Origin: Neoechinorhynchus agilis
Lineage: Eukaryota; Animalia; Acanthocephala
Assembly (NCBI GenBank): GCA_051530055.1
Contig: CM121341.1
Coordinates: 8,472,784-8,536,783, forward strand
DNA length: 64,000 bases
Direction: 5' to 3'
A program made the translations under genes and the position numbers. The notes beneath the pieces are model-generated. The model had not been told where the DNA came from and did no database searches. It was given only the letters and a program-made list of their open reading frames with translations. Of the stretch, positions 1-12,849 are shown piece by piece (the first letter of the stretch is position 1; each line of letters starts with the position of its first letter).

Positions 1-2730
1 GCAGCGTCTTCATTTCTGGAATCCCAGAATGCCCACATACTGATCATGCCTCGAGCAATCTACACCACTTCCAAGAAATCATGCAATTAACCCAAACCCT
101 CTTTCCGGAATTTTCAACAAACATACCAACTCTAGTAGCATTTCACCGAATACCTACGAAATATCCAGCCCTTAAACGTCCCCGCTTATTAAAGGTCACT
201 TTCTCTCTCCGCTCACAGCCTCTTTATTTTTGGAAAAAGGAGCGGTAATGCACTCATCATCCTTTGCTTATGGCATTTCCGCCCCAAGGGGAAGCTCAAC
301 CTTACAATCAAGCTCCGGGGGGAACTCATCAACAACAGCAAGAATTACGCTCACGACCCCTCAAAAAAACTGGGCCCAGCCAAATGTATCCAACGCCGTA
401 AATTTTTGGAATGTGCACAAAGAACTCGCCGTAACTTGGTCGGCCAGCAATGGGCGTCTCCGTATCTTCTACAACGACCATCACCGCAACAGCAACCCCT
501 AATGTATCCGACAAATCAATTCTCATGCCCACTCCCTGCAATATACGCTCCACATCTATTTTCGCACCCACTAATCCATCCCATGAACGCTCCTTATGCG
601 CCACTGAGTTAAGCGTAGCGCAAGTCGGTCTCAACAAATCATCTCCTCAGTCCTAGAAGAAAATATATTTTCCTAGGATACTTTACTCAAATGCTCGCAG
701 CCTCCTTCCCAAACTCGATGAGGATATAAGTATGTCAGTAAGCACCAATGCGGATATCATAATAATAACCGAAACATGGCTTACCCTTAGGAACAAGGAC
801 TCCGTCATCCTGCCCGGGCTCTCAGCGTTTCACTCTTATCGCAAAGACAAAACAGGGCGAGGAATCTCAATCTTTGTTCGCACTCTACTGCCTTACTCAG
901 TATCCCGCATAGGTTCCCTACAACATCCCGACCTTGAGTTCACTGCCATTCATCTCTCCACTCCACTTAAGAAACGGCCCTCCAAATTCTCGCCCCTCGG
1001 CCGCAGAAGCCCAAATAGAAACACTGATGGATCTGTTCAACAGCAACAATTCACACCACTTCCTCATTGCAGGCGACTTTAGCAACCTTTTTCCGCTTAC
1101 GCCACTCTCTGACATTCATCAACTCGTCAAATTTCGTAAACGGCAAAAATCCCGCCTCGATAAAGTGTTCTCCAATATACAAGCCTACACAACCGCTACT
1201 AAACTACTGCCACTCGCCAACTCAGATCACCCCTGCATCCTCGTCTCCACTTCTAGCTCACCTCCTCGTATCAAATATCCAGCAGTTCCCCTGTGAAACA
1301 AACGGGATCATCACATCTTCAAGCTCGTAGGAATGTTCAAATCTGAGGTTCCCTTTATCCCTATTGATAATGCACAAGGCCCTTCTATTACGATGTCCGA
1401 CCTCACTTCGGCGATTCGGTATTGCTTATCCTCTTGCATCCCCAAGAAATTTGTTAAAATCACTAACCGTGACCCGCCCTGGCTCAGCCCTATTCTGAAG
1501 CTACTCCAACAACAAACCATTGCCTCTTACCATAAAAATTTGCCCAATTTCCCACGCCTGCAATCCACGCTTTCTATAAAAATAATGAATGTCCGCAAAG
1601 AATATCTCTCGTCCAGAATTCGCTCCACGGGAAACGCACATTGGTGGCATACAATCAAAAGTTCCCTTGGGCTATGGAACCCTGAACCTATCGCATACCT
1701 GTCAGCCGCAAAGCTATGCTCACCAAACGACGGTCATATCCAACATGAAGCTACACAAAAAATGGGCTCTTCGAAGTTACCCCCACTAGTTTCCTCCCTC
1801 GAAGTGTTTCAGCATCTCAAGAAACTGCCGCGCAACGGATCCCCACATTCGGACATTCCTAACTGGGCTGTTGGTTTTATCATACCAAAAATCATTGACC
1901 CATTGACTACCATCGCCAATCATAGTTTCGCATCGGGAATCTATCCATCATGTTTAAAGATGGCCAGGGTAACCTTATTACCAAAAAATGGACTTCCAGT
2001 ATTCTCGTCATCTTTTCGCCCCATCTCCATCCTTTCCGCGCTCTCCAAAGTCTTTGAAAAATGCTTTAAAGCGCGCCTTCTCCCCAAGCTCCTAACTGTC
2101 GCCCCTACAATTTGGATTTCGCCCTAAATATTCAGCCACAGATGTTCTACTCTGCATTTATGACGCGCTCATCCAAAATGTTGATTCCAAACCGCCCTCG
2201 TCTCACGCCTTATCCAACTTGATCTACCGAAAGCGTTCGATTCTGTGGAAGATCACGAGCTTATCGAAGCCTGTTCCGATTTCGGACTGGATACTTGGCA
2301 AATTTGATGGCTCTTTTCATATTTGACAAATCGATAAAGGTGCCCCCTATATAGCCATCCTCTCCCCACTGCTCTTCAACATCTTTCTTAACAGACTCAA
2401 ACCCCTCTCGAGCGAAACCCGTCTATTCCTGCATGCTGGCTGAAATCTCAAACATTACGGATTTCTGCGACGGCATGAAATTATCGATCAATTTCTCGAA
2501 ATAGTTTGAGATGATCCCGGCTCTTAAAGGACTCTTCTGGTTTTCTGTCCATGAAAGACACTCTCCTAACAATTTTCACAAAGCAGAGCAAACGCCTGAT
2601 GTCCCATCCGTCGAAATTCGCTCCCCATGTTACCCCATTCACCCACCCTCATAGAACGCGCAAGCCATCCTCCTTCAAACCGCACAAATCGCGAACCAAA
2701 CCCCACCTTCATTCCTTTTTCCTGCTGCTC
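1..2730 (+). mobile_element. Degenerate LINE (CR1/L2-like): ORF1 remnant, APE endonuclease, reverse transcriptase
   Basis: Frame from base 3 reads SVFISGIPE...FHRIPTKYPALKRPRLLKVTF (LINE ORF1 RRM-like). 732-1082 has ADIIIITETWL (APE). 1333-2127 has SFRPISILSALSKVFEK (RT). A decayed YADD-equivalent (FCDGMKL) lies near 2460. Many frameshifts and stops. Confidence 0.9.
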
Positions 2731-2744
2731 AGTCATATTTAAAT

Positions 2745-3285
2745 AGTAACTGAATCGGAGGAAAGAGCACAACCAACTATACTTCGGCAACCAAAGATAC
2801 ATGGGGCGGAACTCGCCGTCGCGTCGTCTGCGATAACGCCATTCCTTACCCTTTCAACCGTCCGGGACATAAGTGGTACCGCGTAGATAGATATTTCTAC
2901 CTGGTCTTTAAAAACAAACCTATGCTGTGGCACTCTCAGTTGTGCTTTGAACATGGTGTGGCCCCGTAAAACCTTGACGAAAGGACCGTTCAGTTTTCCA
3001 TATCTGTGGATTAACCCGCGATTGCCATTGATCAAAAACCATTCGCAGGTGATTTCATAAACCACGTTGCTTCCATTGCAAATTGAATCTTGTCAACGAT
3101 TTTTGTCCATGGACTTCCTCGGCGCATGCGTACACATCAAGGACGATGCTGGAAAAGTTTCAGACATGACGTCCAGTTCTCGTCCGGATTCACCTAAGTG
3201 CAGGCGCGCTTCTATGGACAAACCGGACATCTATTCCCGAAACAAAGAGGTACATGAATCCTCTTCATATATAAACACGTTTTAT
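2745..3285 (-). mobile_element. Penelope-like element fragment (GIY-YIG endonuclease region)
   Basis: Minus strand reads GSNVVYEITCE, then after a frameshift IWKTERSFRQGF (GIY-YIG VVYxIxC...YIGxT pattern). Nucleotides 2974-3024 resemble, in reverse complement, 11443-11495. Confidence 0.65.
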
Positions 3286-5330
3286 TAATTAATGTAAGAA
3301 ATCCACGATCCACACAGTTCCCAACATCTATCTTTGCTCAAGGTGTCTGGATGTCGGATGTTGAAGGTAAGGGAGGTGGGACTTGTCTTTGAAGAAGTTT
3401 TACACGAGAATGACAGATTAGGAGTCTTTCCTTGTTCTCCGGTTATTAAGGAAAGATTGGGCTTGAGGGAAGAAAGATTTTTGGTAGAGGGTGGTACGAG
3501 CGAGGGGGGATTAAAAAGGTTTGGGTTTCGGGTGTTTACGAAGGAAGAGTATTTAGAGATGGAGGAAGAAAATTGTGGAGGGGGTTGAAGAAGGTGGGCG
3601 TTTTTGGAGAAAATGGTGTGGAGGTGGGCGTCGAGGGGAGGGAGTGAAGTCCCGCATATTCTCGCTGCTCTCTTGTGGAAGGTTTCGAGGGAATGGAGAG
3701 CATTGACGGAAAGGGCGAGGCAATTGGGGAAAGCGTATGTAAGGATAGGAAAGATGGCAGTAAGATAAAAGAGGGCAAGGTGTTTAGGGGATACGCCGAG
3801 ACGCCGGAGGAGTTTGAGAAGGTAATGACGAGGGTTTGCTTTAGAGAGTGTAAATGAAATGTGGGCATCCCATTTAAGGTTTTCTTGGAAAGTCAGGCCC
3901 AGTATTCGGAGAGAAGAGGAGCGTTGTATGGGGAGAAGGAGAAGCGCGGGGGATAAGATTGCGTTTAGAAATGTGGGCGGCAAGCTCAAAAGATTTGGAT
4001 AAATTTAGGGAGAGCTTTAGGGTGGAGAGGGAGGAAATGTGCGAGGAAAGGAGTCCTTCATCGCAGATTCTATTTGATTTAACAAAGAGCTCATTGCAAT
4101 CGAGGGGTCGATGCCAAAGATGGTTGAGCGGTTTTGCGTGATAAGAGAATTGACACATGCAGCAAAGGATTGCGTATGATGATCACGTTTATCCCAGACA
4201 ACGTAGGGGTCGGAAAATGAATGTTTTGGAGGTGATGAGGGGGAGAGAAGGGTGGAACAATGGTCAGACGAGGCGATCGGGGGGAGTTTGGTAGTGCACG
4301 AGTATTGCCTGATGTTTGAAAATTTTTTATCAAGGCGGGAGGAGAAGCGTGTGGTGAAAGTAACGAGTTGGGAGAGATGAGAGAGCGAGGGCGGGATTGG
4401 CAGTTTGGTAAAATCGCCCTGGGGATGTTTGAGAAAGGAGGGCGATAAAGGCCAGCGATAGAGATCTCACGCTGCCCATTGCGGATGGGGGAGCTGAAGT
4501 TGGATGTGAAGCCATTCAAGATCTTCGGAGATGAAAAGGTAGAGTGAAGAGCAATGGTAAGAGAGAGGTGCGGATGAAGATCGATATGCCTCCCCTGTTT
4601 CGGAAGTCCCGTGTGAGGTGAAAAGCTTGAAAGTTTGGAAGAAGGCAGATAATTTGCCATGGCGTGAGAGCCATGTTTCCGTAATTACAAGGATGTCGGC
4701 GCTGTAAGAAGAGGCAACCATATGGAGCTCATCCAGTTTGGGGAGGAGGTTGCGGATGTTAGAATAAAAGATTATTGGAAAGGGATGTCTAGAAGGCACA
4801 CGAAGGTTGGACACTGACGGGGAGGGTTAAAGCTGTGCAGAGAGAGAAATGATGGGAGTTGACCGGCGGGGTAGTTCGGTGGTAAGGGATTCGTGGGTGG
4901 ACACTGTAGTAAGGGGTGATTTGAGTGTAGGGACCATAAGGCTGGTAACTGCGTATGCGGGATGGGGGGCAAGAGGATATTGGGAGTTGAAAAGGTGGTG
5001 TTAAGAGGCGAGGTAGTGTGAGCGTCCAAGGAATTTTTCGCTTCTGAGGGGCGAAGCGAAAATTTCCAGATTTGGCAGGGTTCGGAATAGTGGTTTTAGG
5101 CAGATGAGAGATGAATGGAGGCAAGGGTGAGAGGGGTTTAGGAGGAGTTAGTTTACGAGGCGAGGGATGCTTAATGTAATCGTTGAAGGATGGTAGGGGT
5201 GTGTGCTTTTTACTAGAAAATCGAATTACAAGAGGGAAGGTGGTAGGTTTTGATGGGGCTAACGTTGAAACGTAATCGTAGAGGGATGGGGGGGGTTAGG
5301 TGGCTTTCAAGTACAAAAACGAGGATAATA
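3285..5330 (-). mobile_element. Degenerate, internally deleted LINE of the same broad family as the copy at 1-2730
   Basis: 4467-4814 has IFYSNIRNLLPKLDEL...ADILVITETWL (APE N-terminus). 3285-3989 has LRILGLTFQENLKWDAHISFTLSKAN (post-RT region of CR1/L2 LINEs). AATAAA lies at the 3' end near 3285. The RT core is missing. Confidence 0.85.
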
Positions 5331-5435
5331 TGTCGGATTGTAGTTTAGATTACGATGAAAAATACAATGCACTACTCAATTAGAACCAAACGTCCATTTT
5401 CACGCCAAATAAAACTATAAAAACATAAATTTCAA

Positions 5436-6240
5436 GCGGATTGAAGTACTCGACCGTGTACCCATCGTCCCTGGGCCAAACGAACACGGCGAATGGCACA
5501 CGAAGAAAGCAGTTTAAGATGATTCCAGCCGATTGCTATTTTAACAGCGAATTTACAGCTCAATATTACGCTGGACTTTTTTGGGCATGATGATTCCATT
5601 CAAGATAACGGAGTCTGCAAAATGTGGTCTTATTAATTAATCCAATCGCAACTGTCGACGAGGGATTTAAAATATTTTTCTCATGAACGCTTTGGACGAA
5701 TCGACTACATTATTCGTGCAGCAAATATCGGTACCCAATACACAACCGGAAACCTTTCTTTAAAAATATCTTAGCTGTGTCAATTTTAATCTCAACCTAC
5801 AATCCGTCACAAAATGTCCTTTTATTTCTTTAAATCAATTCCTGGACATTCGCACTAATCTCCATTTGTTATTGGACTAAAAGCTGTTATGATTCGACTA
5901 CAGACCGCAACTCCAAATCCGAATTGTCTGTACCTCGTTGGAAATAGCTCTGTTGCGAAAATCTAAACGATATCAGCATTAGCCGCAGCCGACACCTTTG
6001 CGATGTGATTGAAGACATTCAAGGCTGCTTGATTGCCTAAAGGAAGAACAGCAAATATTATAGATATGAGTACAAGCAAAGGTGGCTAAAAAGATTTGGA
6101 GTTTTTCGTCCGAAGAATTTCGTTGCGGCGCTAGATGAGACAAACGTTGGACGAAAATGAAGATGTTGATAGAGTTAGTCCGAAAAACCAAAAGAAGCCA
6201 ATGAAATCAGGAGAAATCCACAAAACAACGAATATGGAAA
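5436..6240. repeat. Copy 1 of a two-module dispersed repeat (about 205 bp plus about 190 bp)
   Basis: 5440-5650 is near-identical to 8165-8372. 6030-6220 is similar to 8413-8605. 5905-5981 is an inverted match of 7563-7640. Confidence 0.85.
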
Positions 6241-7559
6241 CACAATTGACGAAAACATTGCTCTTCTGGAATAGAGTATTGATTTTATACAACGATAATC
6301 GGCGCTACGGTTGTTTGTAAAAAGAACACTTTGATTTTCATGACAAATAAAAGATCTTATAAAAACTGACAAAACAAAGTAGCTCTTTTAACATTTTAGA
6401 ACCATAAAAAATCTACCCGCCGAGTTCGCAAAAGCTAAAACGCTAAAATTCAAATTATTGCGCTTTTAATGAAACTCTACTAAGCTGGAAAATAATTTTT
6501 AGAGATTAAAATGGTCAATACCTAATAGTTTATCGCAACGAACACGGGGGAAGTTAAAGACATCGAAGGATTAAATCGTGCAAGTATTGAGCCCAAAGTT
6601 TATAGTAAAAATGTTCAATCGCTAAATAAAGTCCCTATGGATTTCGCCAAAAAGTAATCTATGACTTGATAGTATAACGAAACCATTCGCGCATGAACAT
6701 TTTAGGCGTCAGATAAAGAGCGAATCGGTTTCCAACAAAGTAATTTTGGTTTAGTTTTAGCTTTTTAGTGTGGCCACAATGCCTTCTATCGAGTGTTTCG
6801 TTCGTACCTCCACACTTTATCAGTCCATTCACAATGTTAAAAAGGAAGATGCAGTGCCGTTTCCTTTGCTAGTTATGAAGCTACAATAAAATATGTGATA
6901 AAGATAGGGCTTTTAGGATGAGCTTTAAAAAATCTCCGTACTTTTTTGAATAACACCCGTCGCTCTAAAAATTCAAAATTTGCTTACAATAAACAAGACT
7001 GTAATGAGGATCCATGCTCAAGTGCAACTTTAAGTGCTTACCTTAATGACGAAGCATTAATTATTTGAACGATGAGGTGCCATTCTCAATAAGTTCTCCT
7101 TATATTTTCGCGTAGTGTTAAAATATTTAGCTTACCTCTACATAAATTCGGGTCATACGAACCTCAATTGTCTCTTGGCGCATTTTTGCCCAATAGCGAA
7201 ACAAAACGTCGAACCTTCTCGAATATAAACGGAAATAGATCATCATTGTCCGAAGTACTGGTAAATAGGCATCACTAATCATTCTTTATCAAAATTCTCT
7301 TACGTTAACTAATCGCGTTATACGGCAATCCGTGACATTCTCGACTATTCAACGTTTACATTTGGGACTCGAATGCTCGATAATCAACTATTTCCATCCC
7401 AAACGTTTACCGGCTCGAGCGAATGTGGCGTTAAAAACACTTGGCCGTTCGTTGCGAAGAATCACCAAACGGGAGAAAGACGAGTTTTACATTTTAAGAA
7501 AACTTTAAAGATCTAAACTTTGCGATGTCTTCAATCACATCGCAAAGTTGTCTGCTGCC

Positions 7560-8640
7560 GCAAATGCTGATATCGTTTGGATTTTCGTAACAGAGCTATT
7601 TCCAACGAAGTACAGACAATTCGGATTTGAAGTTGCTGTCTTGCTTACTTGATTGCTGTAGAACAGTAGCGTAATCGAACCAAATCTGTTGATATCTCTC
7701 TATTTCCTGTACGCTTTGGATTTTCTGACTCCATGGAATTTTCTTTAAATTTCAATTCCCTAAATCGTCGTTTGTATGATTCCTGAATAATAGACTGGTG
7801 AAGGACTGTGTAGCCATCTAACCAAATCTGTTGATATCTCTCTATTTCCTAAGTCTCTTGTGTGATTCTTGCACCGAATACATTTTGGATTTTCGGACTT
7901 CATCGAATTCTTTATTACCAAATTCAACGTTCCAGCTCGTTGTCGGCGGAGGTCGTGTCCATAATGCTGGCAGAGTTATTATCGCTTTCTTCAACATCGC
8001 TAATAATCATTCTATGCCTTGCGATCGTAACTTCAGTGATTTAGAATCGTAGCTTTAACAACCCGTTGTAGCATCTGCCCCTTTCTTATTGATATCCTTC
8101 GACTTAATCCAATTTCGAACTGGTATTATCTGCCGAATTCATCCTCCAAGCAGAGAATCGGTTTGAAGTACTCGACCGTGTACCCATCGTCCCTGGGCCA
8201 AACGAACACGGTGAATGGCACACAAAGAAAGCAGTTTAAGATGATTCCAGCCGATTGCTATTTTAACAGCGAATTCACAGCTCAATATTACGCTGGACTT
8301 TTTTGGGCATGATGATTCCATTCAAGAAAACGGAGTTTGCAAAATGTGGTCTTATTAATTAATCCAATCGCAAATGCTGATTGAACAACTTAACTACGGT
8401 CGACGAGGCGCTTGATTGCCCGAAGGAAGGACAGCAAATATTATGGATATGAGTAAAAGCAAAAGATCGCTGAAAAGACTTAGTTTTTCGCCCGAAGAAT
8501 TTCGTTGCGACGCTACATAAGACAATCAGTGAAATTAGACGTTGGACGAAAATGCGGACACCGATAGAGTAAATCCGAAATAACCAAAAAAGCCAATGAA
8601 ATTACGGTATAAAACGCAATTGACGAAAACATTGCTGTTA
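7560..8640 (-). mobile_element. Copy 2 of the dispersed repeat, possibly a decayed pogo/Tigger-like DNA transposon
   Basis: The repeat match to 5436-6240 is seen directly. Minus-strand fragments PKKSSVILSCEFAVKIAI and PVRNWIKSKD weakly recall a pogo-type N-terminal HTH. A 31-bp direct repeat lies at about 7678 and 7820. Confidence 0.35.
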
Positions 8641-8671
8641 AATATTCTTAACCCCGTTAAAAAGTTCTCCT

Positions 8672-8936
8672 AAATGCCATAGAATGCGAAGTTGGAACGT
8701 CAAAAATATCGTTCTTGAGTAAGAATAGATCAAAATTTTGAGAAAGTAAGCTAGAATTCTTCCGTAACGATAACGTCATTATTTATAAAATAAGGTATTT
8801 TTAGTTTTTTCGAGAAGTTTACCCACCTGAACAATTCTTCGAAAAGCCATAGAATGCTATTTTGAACGTCAAAAATATCGTTCTTGAGTAAGAATAGATC
8901 AAAATTTTGAGAAAGTAAATTAGAATTCTTCCGTAA
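8672..8936. repeat. Local direct duplication of about 95 bp
   Basis: gccatagaatg...gaacgtcaaaaatatcgttcttgagtaagaatagatcaaaattttgagaaagtaa...agaattcttccgtaa occurs twice, about 170 bp apart. Confidence 0.9.
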
Positions 8937-9074
8937 AGATTTCTCGCGAACTATTCGGAGTTAAAAAGTGCTGCTAATCTTCTTTTTTTCCGATTTAGAT
9001 GATTGCACCGTTGGTTCCGGCTACCCGTTGACTATTCTGGGTTCTTATAGTTTAGTCAGTGGTATAAAAGAGTG

Positions 9075-10055
9075 ATGGACTTTTCGAGTCACATTCCTGT
9101 GAAGAATCGAAGACTTTCTCGGTTGTTGGCTCCGACGATGCAATTGAGTGGTGGCCATGAATCTGAGATATACACGGCGCGATTCAGTCCTAATGGTTTT
9201 ATATTAGCATCGGGGGGGCACGATCGCAAGATTCTCTTATGGAATGTTTACGGTGAGTGTGTCAATTGGGCCAGCCTTTTGGGCCATGGAGGAGCTATAA
9301 TGCAGCTTGAATGGCGTTCGGATGGCACAGAATTGGTTAGTTGTGGAACTGATCGTCTTGCCTTTTTTTGGGACATGGGAACTTGTAGTCGGGTGAAGAA
9401 ATGCAAAGGGCATCGATCATACGTGAACGGTGTAACGTACAATCCATCGAACTGGTCGCTTGTATCAACTTGTTCGGATGACGGTACTATTCGGTTGTGG
9501 GATAAAAGACGTCGGGCTGAGATTGGTAACCTCACCTCGTCTTACCAAGTGCTATCCATTGCATACACGTCAGATGGAAAGGATCTTTGTAGCGGTGGAA
9601 TTGATGAAGTCGTCAAAGTATGGGATCTTAGGAGAATGGAGCAACGGTTGACTCTAAGGGGCCACACGGACACTATTACTGGTATGGCAATGTCAACTGA
9701 ATGCGACTTTTTGGCAACTAATGCAATGGACAACACCGTTCGTGTTTGGGACGTACGGTCATTTGTTCCGGAAGGGCAGAATAGGTGCCTAGCCGTCCAT
9801 ACCGGACATAAACATAATTTTGAGAAGAACTTACTTCGGGTGGCATGGTCCGCTGATGGGAAAAGAATTAGTGCAGGCAGCTCAGATAGAATTCTTTATG
9901 TTTGGTCACATGAAATGGCTCCTTCCGGTTCAAATCTCTTGTACAGGCTACCAGGCCACAGTGGATCTGTGAACGAAACACATTTCCATCCAATAGAATC
10001 GATCATTTTGTCATGTTCTAGCGATAAATCGCTATTTCTCGGCGAAATCGAATAA
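9075..10055 (+). CDS. SNRNP40: U5 snRNP 40 kDa WD40 protein
   Basis: Uninterrupted ORF with APTMQLSGGHESEIY, LRGHTDTITG, HNFEKNLLRVAWS and YRLPGHSGSVNE...FHP.E.IILSCSSDK, all characteristic of SNRNP40. A short upstream exon from ATG 8999 is possible. Confidence 0.93.
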   Translation: MDFSSHIPVKNRRLSRLLAPTMQLSGGHESEIYTARFSPNGFILASGGHDRKILLWNVYGECVNWASLLGHGGAIMQLEWRSDGTELVSCGTDRLAFFWDMGTCSRVKKCKGHRSYVNGVTYNPSNWSLVSTCSDDGTIRLWDKRRRAEIGNLTSSYQVLSIAYTSDGKDLCSGGIDEVVKVWDLRRMEQRLTLRGHTDTITGMAMSTECDFLATNAMDNTVRVWDVRSFVPEGQNRCLAVHTGHKHNFEKNLLRVAWSADGKRISAGSSDRILYVWSHEMAPSGSNLLYRLPGHSGSVNETHFHPIESIILSCSSDKSLFLGEIE

Positions 10056-10729
10056 ATTCACATAATGTCTACTTCTACGTTTTAGTGGAAATCATTCTTA
10101 CCTGGAAAAGAACGGAAACAGACGAAGTACGCTGTACACTTTTCATTCCAGTCCATTGCTCTTTTATCAATCAACCATTCAGTCAAATTCCTTTGTTTTG
10201 TCACCGGTACCTTTTGTCAGTTCATAAAACTTTTCCCTTCCGCTTCGTAACCTTCAAAAATTCTAATGCCTCTCAAAGGTCGCTCGGATCAAAATTTGTC
10301 AACATTAAGCAAAAAGACGAACACATTAGTAGGAAACTGCTTTTCTCGTACTAAAAAGGGAGCTTTTAAAATCGCTAAAACAGATTTCAAATGAATCAAT
10401 GCTTTGATTTAATTGGAAGGAAATCAAATAAAGATTGAGGTGCAAGGGCGAGACGGCTAAAATTACTAATTTTCGATCATCTGGTTTTACTTATTGAGCT
10501 CAGATCGGAGAAAAATCATAACATATAGGCCAAATTCCCTGTTCTCTATTTTGATCCTAAATTAAGATCGATATTAAAAGTCGAGATATGAGTTGAACTT
10601 TCTTTTTTAATTATTTTACAAATCAGAAGTTGAAACTGTTTGAAAGGAACGGAATGGCCTTCGAAAACGAGACAGGAAAAAACTCCAAAAATGGCCACAA
10701 GCAGTCGAATTAGTACTTAGTCTTCGTTG

Positions 10730-10900
10730 AGAGATGACTTACGATTCACTTAAAGGCCGACTCTTCGAGGTTTCCCAATCTTTGGCTAATATCGATCTCG
10801 TCCAAGGGGTCCGAAGCTTGAATGAACACCATCAGCAATCTGCGCGATAACGAAACCGTGAGGATGGAAGTCTCACTTAGGCTATCCACACAAATGCCGA
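10730..10900 (+). mobile_element. Old remnant of a CRE-type retrotransposon
   Basis: LRDNETVRMEVSLRLSTQM matches DETVKIKVSLRLGVSM (about 13900, minus) and DEAVRIGVSLRLGLPI (about 63370) in the CRE copies. Confidence 0.5.
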
Positions 10901-11069
10901 TGATGGCCGCTTCGCGAGACACACTGAGCTCGATGCTGTCATTAACAAGGCCTTCAACTCCGCCCGCGCTCTTAATATCCTCAAGCCCGGGCATCTATTC
11001 CGCTCGGAGGACAAGTAACTGAATAGAATGACAATTTTTAGCTTGGTGGCAGGGAAAATGCTCAGCCTC

Positions 11070-11690
11070 GGATGCAAGACAAACCGTTCCTCATTTTATG
11101 TTTCAAAGTAAATCAGGTCACTGATTTCAGTTGGTATCGCAAACATTAAAAAGTTACTCATGCATCGAGATTCTCATCATCCTTTTGGGTGATGAAACAG
11201 ACAATTTAAGCTGAGATGTACAGGACAGAGCTGGTTTGCTTATCGTCATTAACGGCCAGTAGCGGTGTAGCTCAAACGTGGAGAAACGGAAAGATTATCG
11301 TTCACGGAATCGATATGGAGGAAACCCGATTATCAACATGAGTTTCCTCCCTTCAGCGGTCTATGTATCAGAGTCTAAGTGATTCAATCACTGCCGCCGT
11401 TGGTCTACGAGATAACCGACGAACTATGTTTTTGGTCAGTGACAATCGCGGGTTAATCTATAGATAGGCAAAACTGAACGGCATTGGCGTCAACGTACGA
11501 CGAAACTCGTTCGCAACTCACTGAATCGCAATGAACCACTCGGAGTACCACAGCGACGGAGAAAACTCTCGATGTGAGTTAGGTTTGTGACCAAGAACTC
11601 GGTGGATCTATCTATCGCGGAGGCACTACTTCTATCCCGGGCGGATGGAAGGGAATGATGCTTCCCACGGACACTGCGATAGATAATTCT
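11070..11690 (+). mobile_element. Penelope-like element fragment (RT C-terminus plus GIY-YIG)
   Basis: PFLILCFKVNQVTDFSWYRK, then HRDSHHP in a shifted frame (Penelope RT thumb pattern WYRKxT...HxDSHHP). Further on are LVYEIT, *IGKTERHWRQR and SVDLSIAEALLL (GIY-YIG). Confidence 0.6.
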
Positions 11691-12024
11691 GGACTCGAGC
11701 ACGATAAACCCCTTAGAACTGCTCAACAGACGGTATGAACTTTCAACACTTCAATGTCGCTACTTTAACACTCGAATCACATCTACATGCGCCTATGTAG
11801 ATTGCTGAAGAAGTCGTAAGACGGTGTAAGGTCTTTTTTATCACTACAACAGCCCAAGCGTCCATTTTCGAACACTTGATCAATACTTCGACTGGAAAAT
11901 AAAATACTATTCCACAAGATTATTGATGAGATATTCTAATTTCGACGTATATCTTTCGCCATTTTACGTAATCGAAGTTTGTTTAAAAATCGATATGTAT
12001 TCCCGTTTCGAACAAAAATCGTAT

Positions 12025-12381
12025 TTATACATTATATTGGTTTTGTTGTCTAGTTTCGACGGGTACTAGCAATTCAGTTTTGGCCATAAAATCCATATCT
12101 GTAACAATTTGATTAGCTCTTTTTATGTGTTGCATCTGCACTATGAAGCGTTTATGAACAAATTGAAGATCTATTGTACTAACCGAGGTATTGTACTTTA
12201 AAGCGATTCCTTGGATAGTATCCGTTGAATTGATTTTGTGTTTCACGAACGTACAATCAGGGAATATCTCAGCATGACAGAGAGCCCCGTACTTTTTAGA
12301 CGGTCGATTGATAAGAAGTGACCTGCGTTCCTGTAATTCTACTGCATCTTCATACCCGTGGTTGTTGTTGTTAAAGAACAT
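12025..12381 (-). CDS. LysM domain-containing protein (LYSMD-like)
   Basis: HKINSTDTIQGIALKYNTS|MQHIKRANQI...TELLVPV is a LysM motif once a 48-nt GT-AG intron (12136-12183) is removed. A further 3' exon near 11800-11900 is possible. Confidence 0.8.
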   Translation of the reverse strand: MFFNNNNHGYEDAVELQERRSLLINRPSKKYGALCHAEIFPDCTFVKHKINSTDTIQGIALKYNTSVSTIDLQFVHKRFIVQMQHIKRANQIVTDMDFMAKTELLVPVETRQQNQYNV

Positions 12382-12849
12382 TGAACAAATAACAAGTGGA
12401 AATTTAGTATCAAAGACGAAGAAAAGACTATTATCGCTTTGCCACAGACACGACGTATACACACCCAATGCGTTATGCGTACACTACGCAGCATCTATCC
12501 TTGCGATATGCCGTTCCCTTGGGGAAATTATAATCGATCTTTTTAAGAAAAAACCATAAGAATATCATTTTTCACAAAATCACGTGCATTTCTTTTCTTC
12601 TAATCGCTTTGTTTGAATTACCGCCCTGTCCAATTATAGGCATGTCGTCATCACTTTCACAAATTCTTCCGTAGATTACACAACGTTCTTCTGGGTGAGG
12701 AAATATTTCACTCGTCAGTCATTGTGTGAAATATTTCGTCCTCTCTTTTAAAAGTTAAAATTGTTGCTAAAAGAGAACAACTTGCGATACGAAATATTCT
12801 AAAATAAATGATCAACACCATCAACAATCCGGGGTAAAAATAAAAAAAC

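Noticed and set aside
3334-4158. Plus-strand Glu/Gly-rich ORFs as genes
   Set aside because: They are antisense shadows of the purine-skewed minus-strand LINE.
10746-10800. Ribosomal protein S3a fragment (LKGRLFEVS)
   Set aside because: The match is only 9 residues, and the adjacent frames fit the CRE retrotransposon better.
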